The notes under the pieces are model-generated. The model ran no database searches and was not told where the DNA came from. It worked only from the letters and a program-made list of their open reading frames with translations. 64,000 nucleotides of DNA from NCBI GenBank assembly GCA_902766425.1, contig CACXDS010000224.1, forward strand, positions 130 through 64,129, in the 5' to 3' direction. Position numbers and translations under genes: made by a program. Position 1 is the first letter of the stretch. Each line of letters begins with the position of its first letter. The stretch comes from an uncultured Lachnospiraceae bacterium (GTDB lineage: Bacteria > Bacillota > Clostridia > Lachnospirales > Lachnospiraceae). Positions 58,811 to 64,000 of this stretch are shown here, one piece after another.

Positions 58811-58842
58811 CCGGCTTGGATCATTCCAGGCCGGCCTTTTTT
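58811..58842 (+). terminator. Terminator
   Basis: ccggcttgga-tcat-tccaggccgg followed by T6. Confidence 0.8.
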
Positions 58843-58881
58843 CTATCTGTTTTTCAGTTTTTTCATTTTTTCAGTTTTTTA

Positions 58882-58949
58882 TTTGTCAGCTTCTTTCCTT
58901 TTTGTCAGCTTCTTTCTGTTTTGTCAGCTTTTTTCTGTTTTGTCAGCTT
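58882..58949. repeat. 19-bp tandem repeat (about 3.6 copies) spanning the acyltransferase stop
   Basis: tttgtcagctt core, gtcagc at 58885, 58904, 58923, 58942. Confidence 0.9.
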
Positions 58950-60188
58950 ATAAAGCTCCTCCGCTGCGATTCTGGTCTTTGCGACAATATCACACCCTTT
59001 CGGGAAACAATAATACAAGCAATCATTTGTACCGATGGAAACAATATCTCCGATCTCATACCAGTAATAATCCGCATTGACACTGTAGGATGCCCCCGGA
59101 GACTGTTCATAGTGAAGCTTTCCTTCACAGCCGTCCAACATAAAACCATTTTTGTCATGCTTCAGTCTTCCTGTTCCGACCATGTACAGAGCCTTGGCAT
59201 CCTTTAGGATTGCAATGTCGCATGGGACATCCAACTGATAGGTTCCTCTCTTGATTTCTTCTCTAAGCTCCTCCCTCTCCCAGGCAAACCAATCCGGAAC
59301 ATGCACGAATTTAGGTTCAATGTTCACCCCCTTCAGTCTTCCCATGGTATCCAGCTCATAGGTCGCTCCACACGCCTTACAGGTCAGATATATTCCCTTC
59401 CCTTCTGTCTTCCCCTCCGTCCCACAGTGTGGACATTTATAAAGTATCCTGTTCAGTCCATCCGCACGAAAGGCTTCCTTGATCTCTACTTGATTCTCCT
59501 GCTGCCATTTAAAGTAATCAAAGGTAAATGTCTCATCCATTACTTGATTGATCTGCCTGATGGTTGCCCCGGCCAGCTCTTCCGGCGTAAACAGGCACTT
59601 CATTCTGCCGGAAACCTTAACCGTTCTCTTTTGCAGATTGTTGTAGAGTGGATCCCTGGAAAAGGCACCGTAGGAGGTGATCATCACCACAGGTCGCTTT
59701 AATTTCTTGAACAATACTCCCAAGCCTTCCGGAATCGTTGTCCCCGTGCCGTCCAAGGAATATCCCGCCTCCGGATACATCAAGACGCTGGCGCCATTGA
59801 CATTCATTGCATGATCCATGTCTGAAATGAGGGACATGCTGGACACAAATTTGCAGGTTGGAATACATCCTAAGGACCTCATAAAGCCCTCTTTTCCCAC
59901 CAAAGCGTCCGAAGTGCATACAATACTGAAGGGTCGATCCTTCAACACCTCAAACACAATGGCCAGATCCGTAAAGCTGCAGTGATTCATCAGGATCATC
60001 CATGGTCCATCCCCCGCTCTCTCCAGATCGACTTTCTCACAGCTAAAGCATACTTCCTTTAATTCGCCCTTCAGCGCAAGCCTTGCAATTCCCGCAAGTA
60101 GCTTGGATGGCTTTTTCGGTTTCTTATGCTCCCAGGAAGGAAGCGCTGCCACTTCTTCATAGCTTCGATTTACCGTTTTAATCTTCAT
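58905..60188 (-). CDS. PlsC-like lysophospholipid acyltransferase with a C-terminal Cys4 zinc-ribbon region
   Basis: NHCSFTD (HX4D), MYPEAG, CPHC...CKAC. Confidence 0.8.
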   Translation of the reverse strand: MKIKTVNRSYEEVAALPSWEHKKPKKPSKLLAGIARLALKGELKEVCFSCEKVDLERAGDGPWMILMNHCSFTDLAIVFEVLKDRPFSIVCTSDALVGKEGFMRSLGCIPTCKFVSSMSLISDMDHAMNVNGASVLMYPEAGYSLDGTGTTIPEGLGVLFKKLKRPVVMITSYGAFSRDPLYNNLQKRTVKVSGRMKCLFTPEELAGATIRQINQVMDETFTFDYFKWQQENQVEIKEAFRADGLNRILYKCPHCGTEGKTEGKGIYLTCKACGATYELDTMGRLKGVNIEPKFVHVPDWFAWEREELREEIKRGTYQLDVPCDIAILKDAKALYMVGTGRLKHDKNGFMLDGCEGKLHYEQSPGASYSVNADYYWYEIGDIVSIGTNDCLYYCFPKGCDIVAKTRIAAEELYKLTKQKKADKTERS

Positions 60189-60220
60189 AGTATATTATTT
60201 CCCCCTCATACCAGACGAGC

Positions 60221-60712
60221 TTATTTGTAAAAAATCGAATAAATTCTATCCATCCGATCATCCCTTCTGTGATAAACAGTCTGCAGCGGCCAAGGTAACC
60301 CCTCTATATATTCGCGATCCTTGGGCTTCAAGCGACTTAACCTGTCCAGGTACTCTTTTCGATCCTGATAAGCCATTTTGCCGAAATCGCAGGCCAAATA
60401 CTCCCCATCTGCTTGAACACTCCTTCTCACCTGTCGAAAGCTCACCTTGCCATACGCATTTTGAACCTTTTCATAGGTAATCTGCTCTCTTTCGCTTTGA
60501 GTTGTCGGATCCTCCAGTAATATGATCCCCTTTTTCAGAGCGTATTCCCAGACAATCCCACCGATCCTTTCTCTAGATACCGGGAAGGATAATCTGTCAT
60601 GGATTTCCTCCACGCTCAACCCCTTATCCGCAAGTGCTCTGATCTCATTCCCCACCGCAAATTCGGTGGTGAACTCAGCCAGTGCTTTCTGAAAAAACTG
60701 CCCCTCCTCCAA
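60221..60712 (-). CDS. Hypothetical protein
   Basis: 163-aa ORF, TTG start after GAGGAGG. Confidence 0.7.
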   Translation of the reverse strand: MEEGQFFQKALAEFTTEFAVGNEIRALADKGLSVEEIHDRLSFPVSRERIGGIVWEYALKKGIILLEDPTTQSEREQITYEKVQNAYGKVSFRQVRRSVQADGEYLACDFGKMAYQDRKEYLDRLSRLKPKDREYIEGLPWPLQTVYHRRDDRMDRIYSIFYK

Positions 60713-60765
60713 TGTAGAAGCTACCTCCTCTTATCACGCTCCGACTACATGTGCATTTTTTTTCT

Positions 60766-61146
60766 CACACAGTCTGTAGGAATCGGATTGCATCATAAAT
60801 CATCCCAAACCTGAACACTCCACCATACAGCTTTCTCTCTTCCATCCCACTAATTCGGGAAATAGAGATAACTGCCTTCTACGATATGATAATCGCCTTC
60901 CGCACTGAATTCCTCATAATAAATATATTTTCCGTCCGTGTTTAATTCCATCGCCACAATTATATTTCCATGCTCTGCATCCCGTCAAATGATATAGCGG
61001 GTTTCTTCCCCCCTGCCGATCTTTTCCGAAGCACCACTCTCCTGTACCTCCGGTGCAGTATCCTTCTCTTTTCCGCCCGCGCAAGCGCAGATAAGAGCAA
61101 GAGACAAAAATATGATCAAAAACCCTGTTTTGGCAGATAATTTCAT
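60766..61146 (-). pseudogene. Degraded secreted/lipoprotein gene
   Basis: MKLSAKTGFLIIFLSLALICAC signal after a GGGAG RBS. In-frame TGA at 60985-60987 and TAG at 60850-60852, probable later frameshift. 3' end uncertain. Confidence 0.5.
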
Positions 61147-61178
61147 AGTCTTCGTCTCCCAGCAGTCAAAAAAAGAAC

Positions 61179-61643
61179 TTAGATAATACTTCTCCCCTCC
61201 AAATACCTGCGCAGCACCGGTCTGATGGGCGGTGAGATCATATCCATGGTCAGTTCCTCCGGTGAGAAAAACCGCAGCTCCTCAATTTCTTCCTCCTGGG
61301 GTCTGAGTTCTCCATGATACCTTCTGCTCAGATAAATGATCTCTACATTAAATACTTCATCTCCATTCGGATAAATATAGTGCGCCTCTGGCCCGGAATT
61401 CACCATAAAAAACTCCATTTCATCGGCAATCAGCCCGGTCTCCTCCCGGAGTTCTCTCATTGCGCACTCCTCCACCGTCTCCTCCAGTTCAACAGATCCC
61501 CCTGCATAACCCCAAAGATGGTTATCCGTCCTTTTCCCAAGCAGGATCTCGCCCTTTTCATTTTCGATGATCACACTTCCCGCACATTGCAAAAGCGGCC
61601 GATGTCCCACAATTTTTCTGAGATCCATAATATAATTGCTCAT
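61179..61643 (-). CDS. NUDIX hydrolase
   Basis: Nudix box GGSVELEETVEECAMRELREETGL. Confidence 0.92.
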   Translation of the reverse strand: MSNYIMDLRKIVGHRPLLQCAGSVIIENEKGEILLGKRTDNHLWGYAGGSVELEETVEECAMRELREETGLIADEMEFFMVNSGPEAHYIYPNGDEVFNVEIIYLSRRYHGELRPQEEEIEELRFFSPEELTMDMISPPIRPVLRRYLEGRSII

Positions 61644-61826
61644 CCCATTCCCCCCTTCCATTCCTGTCGAAGCCTCACACCAATTTCATCATACAAGAGG
61701 AGATATCTCTTGTCAAACCCTGATACCAACGATCAAGCTCAAAAAGAAAGTACTATTTCTATCATAGCCCCCGCAGCATACCCAAAATTGACATGCACGC
61801 ATATCATCCTAGTGCATTGCTCAGTG

Positions 61827-61870
61827 AAAAAAAATCGGGTGGCAGGGAGTATAGCCCCATGTCACCCGAT
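61827..61870 (-). terminator. Terminator after the PTS-IIC-like gene
   Basis: atcgggtggca...tgtcacccgat with T8 on the minus strand. Confidence 0.7.
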
Positions 61871-61939
61871 ACTTGCCATTCAATGTGATCCATAATCACA
61901 CTGAATCCTCTTTTTTATCTCATATCTCGAAATATCAGC

Positions 61940-63031
61940 TTATGCAAGCTTCATATCCCCATCCTTCACCCAACCAAGCTTCTTCACAAACGCATGAATG
62001 ATCAAGGAAAGCACCGCCGGAAGCACAAAGGAGATCAGAATCAGACCAATCCAATCCATCGCAGTTATTGCTGATTTTGTACCATTTGCGATATCATTCA
62101 CCCATCCGGTATAGACACCGATCTGCCCAACCAAACCGCAGGTTCCCATTCCGGAAGAAACAGGTGCACCATTCATTTGCATTTTGAATAGACATGTGGC
62201 GATGGGGCCGGTAATTGCAGAAGCAACCGTAGGAGCAATCCAGATTCTGGGATTCTTGACAATATTTCCCATCTGAAGCATGGAAGTACCGATACCCTGA
62301 GACACAAGCCCTCCCCATTTATTCTCCTTAAAGGAAATCACTGCAAAGCCCACCATCTGTGCACAACACCCGGCCACTGCAGCCCCGCCTGCCAAACCCG
62401 TAAGTCCCAGTGCTGCGCAGATTGCTGCCGAAGAAATGGGCAAGGTCAAAGCCATACCTACCACCACAGATACCAGAATTCCCATGAGGAAGGGCTGTTG
62501 ATCGGTGGCCCACATGATAATATTACCGATCCACATTGCCGCCTTTCCCAAGGCCGGTGCGATAAGCCAGGAAAAAAAGATACCAACTCCAATGGTAACA
62601 AGCGGAGTCACCAGAATATCTACCTTTGTCTCCTTGGAGATCGCCTTTCCGAATTCCGCTGCAAGGATTGCCACAAACAGCACAGCCAAAGGTCCGCCTG
62701 CACCGCCGAGAGCATTGGAGGCAAATCCCACTGTGATCATAGAAAAGAGTACAAGCGGCGGGCACTTCAGGGCATAGCCGATAGCCACTGCCATTGCCGG
62801 TCCGCTCATGGCAGACGCCAGACCACCTACAGTATATTCCGTTCCGGAGATGGTTGCCACAGGTGTTGTCAGGAAGGGAATTTTAAACTGAGTTCCCAGG
62901 GTATTGATGATCGTTCCGATCAACAAAGAACAGAACAATCCCTGCGCCATCGCTCCCAGTGCATCGATCCCATACCTTTTCAGAGAGATCTCAATGTCTT
63001 TTCGTTTCATAAATGCTTTGATCTTATCCAT
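61940..63031 (-). CDS. PTS transporter subunit IIC-like membrane protein (PTS_EIIC_2 / PfoR-like)
   Basis: GAMAQGLFCSLLIG, LPISSAAI, GIGTSMLQ..NI, GMGTCGLVG. Confidence 0.85.
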   Translation of the reverse strand: MDKIKAFMKRKDIEISLKRYGIDALGAMAQGLFCSLLIGTIINTLGTQFKIPFLTTPVATISGTEYTVGGLASAMSGPAMAVAIGYALKCPPLVLFSMITVGFASNALGGAGGPLAVLFVAILAAEFGKAISKETKVDILVTPLVTIGVGIFFSWLIAPALGKAAMWIGNIIMWATDQQPFLMGILVSVVVGMALTLPISSAAICAALGLTGLAGGAAVAGCCAQMVGFAVISFKENKWGGLVSQGIGTSMLQMGNIVKNPRIWIAPTVASAITGPIATCLFKMQMNGAPVSSGMGTCGLVGQIGVYTGWVNDIANGTKSAITAMDWIGLILISFVLPAVLSLIIHAFVKKLGWVKDGDMKLA

Positions 63032-63192
63032 TTGTCTCCTCTCCCTGCGTACATGGGCCGGCACCATCAGGAACAATGCTTTTCTCACATCGCAGGATTG
63101 ATAAATTATTGTCACTTAAAAAGCTATTGTGCCTATCATAATACCATTTTAGGAAAAATACAAGAGTAAATTTTACTATTTATTCTCCATTA

Positions 63193-64000
63193 TCATTGAA
63201 AGAGCGATTTTAACATATAAAACCGATGAATATTGTCATTGGCTATTCCGCTGCTATGAAGAGCAATCGCCATTTCCATCAATATTGCGCATATTCCGGC
63301 TATCAGAATAAATCTGATCAGCCAATCATACTTATTGCTCCCCTGCCAGCGTTCCAGAAGCTGATACAAGACCACAACTGCCGCCACCTGAAAAAGCCAT
63401 AAAAAATCCATATAATATCTATTCATCAAACCGGACATTTCTGTATCTGCAAGTATTACAACCAAAGCTGAGATGATACAACCGATTGTGAAAGAATAAA
63501 CTCCTTTCCTCTTCAAGTCCTGCCTGACTACTCCGATCCCTAAAAGACTAAAGAACAAGCCATGGGTCCAAAGCGCCCCCCCATAGACCCAGTCCTTTAC
63601 TGTTCCGCCTAAATATGTCGAATAGAAGGAAGTCATCTCCACAAAAGGGAATATAAGCTTTATAACCGGAAACTGGACTAAATATGTGAATAATCCATCC
63701 GGAATCCGCCCCAATTTGAGCCCTCTTCTCGTCATATCATTCGTGGTCAAATTATAATTCGCACCAAAGTCAAAAAAAGAACCAAATCTCGCAAAATTAT
63801 ATGCCATCATTCCGCCTGCCACTATAACATACGGAAGAACAAAGCAAGTCATTCGGGTGACTAATTGCTTCTTCCCCACTGTACTTTCCGTTTGGGTTAT
63901 ACAAGGCAAGATAATGGGAATGGTTAAAAAAGATGCGATCAGAAATTGCGGCCTGCATCCTGCCGTCAAAGCAAGCAGACCAGCGCCGAACAATAATCTT
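63193..64000 (-). CDS. Polytopic membrane protein, C-terminal part (possibly a GT-C-fold glycosyltransferase)
   Basis: GCRPQ, YNFARFGS..DFG..YNLT, RYYMDF. ORF is open to the window edge. Confidence 0.6.
   Translation of the reverse strand, partial: RLLFGAGLLALTAGCRPQFLIASFLTIPIILPCITQTESTVGKKQLVTRMTCFVLPYVIVAGGMMAYNFARFGSFFDFGANYNLTTNDMTRRGLKLGRIPDGLFTYLVQFPVIKLIFPFVEMTSFYSTYLGGTVKDWVYGGALWTHGLFFSLLGIGVVRQDLKRKGVYSFTIGCIISALVVILADTEMSGLMNRYYMDFLWLFQVAAVVVLYQLLERWQGSNKYDWLIRFILIAGICAILMEMAIALHSSGIANDNIHRFYMLKSLFQ

Noticed and set aside
1-64000. Transposases, integrases, prophage, tRNA/rRNA genes, defence systems
   Set aside because: No ORF or sequence signature for these was recognised in the window.

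Overview
A 64-kb chromosomal segment from a Clostridia-class Firmicute. The gene families, gene order and xylan enzymes suggest a Lachnospiraceae-like gut or rumen fibre degrader. Most genes are on the minus strand. In order: (1) a cobalamin-riboswitch-controlled operon encoding a lipoprotein CbiK fusion, a Btu/Fec-type ABC importer, a MIF-family tautomerase, cobQ, cobT, cobU and cobS; (2) a divergent HD-GYP-like protein; (3) a GH10 xylanase fused in frame to a NimC/PNPOx-like gene; (4) the core cluster murE-priA-def-fmt-rsmB-rlmN-stp-pknB-rsgA followed by xpaC-telA; (5) recJ, secDF and the SCIFF ranthipeptide locus (TIGR04086 protein, scfA, scfB); (6) a CNNM/HlyC protein; (7) a xylan-oligosaccharide cluster (GH8, SGNH esterase, GH115); (8) a BceRS-BceAB-like module; (9) an amidase, a heterodimeric ABC exporter, an Sfp-type PPTase, aspS and hisS; (10) a decayed arabinan locus (GH43 remnant plus an amber-interrupted ArsR regulator); (11) acyltransferase, NUDIX and PTS-IIC-like genes. 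No rRNA, tRNA, CRISPR array or transposase was seen. The best leads are the surface-anchored CbiK/beta-domain fusion with its MIF partner, a candidate sRNA between recJ and murE, the GH10-NimC fusion, and a family of short interspersed hairpin repeats. Family assignments come from motif recognition by eye; no database searches were run.
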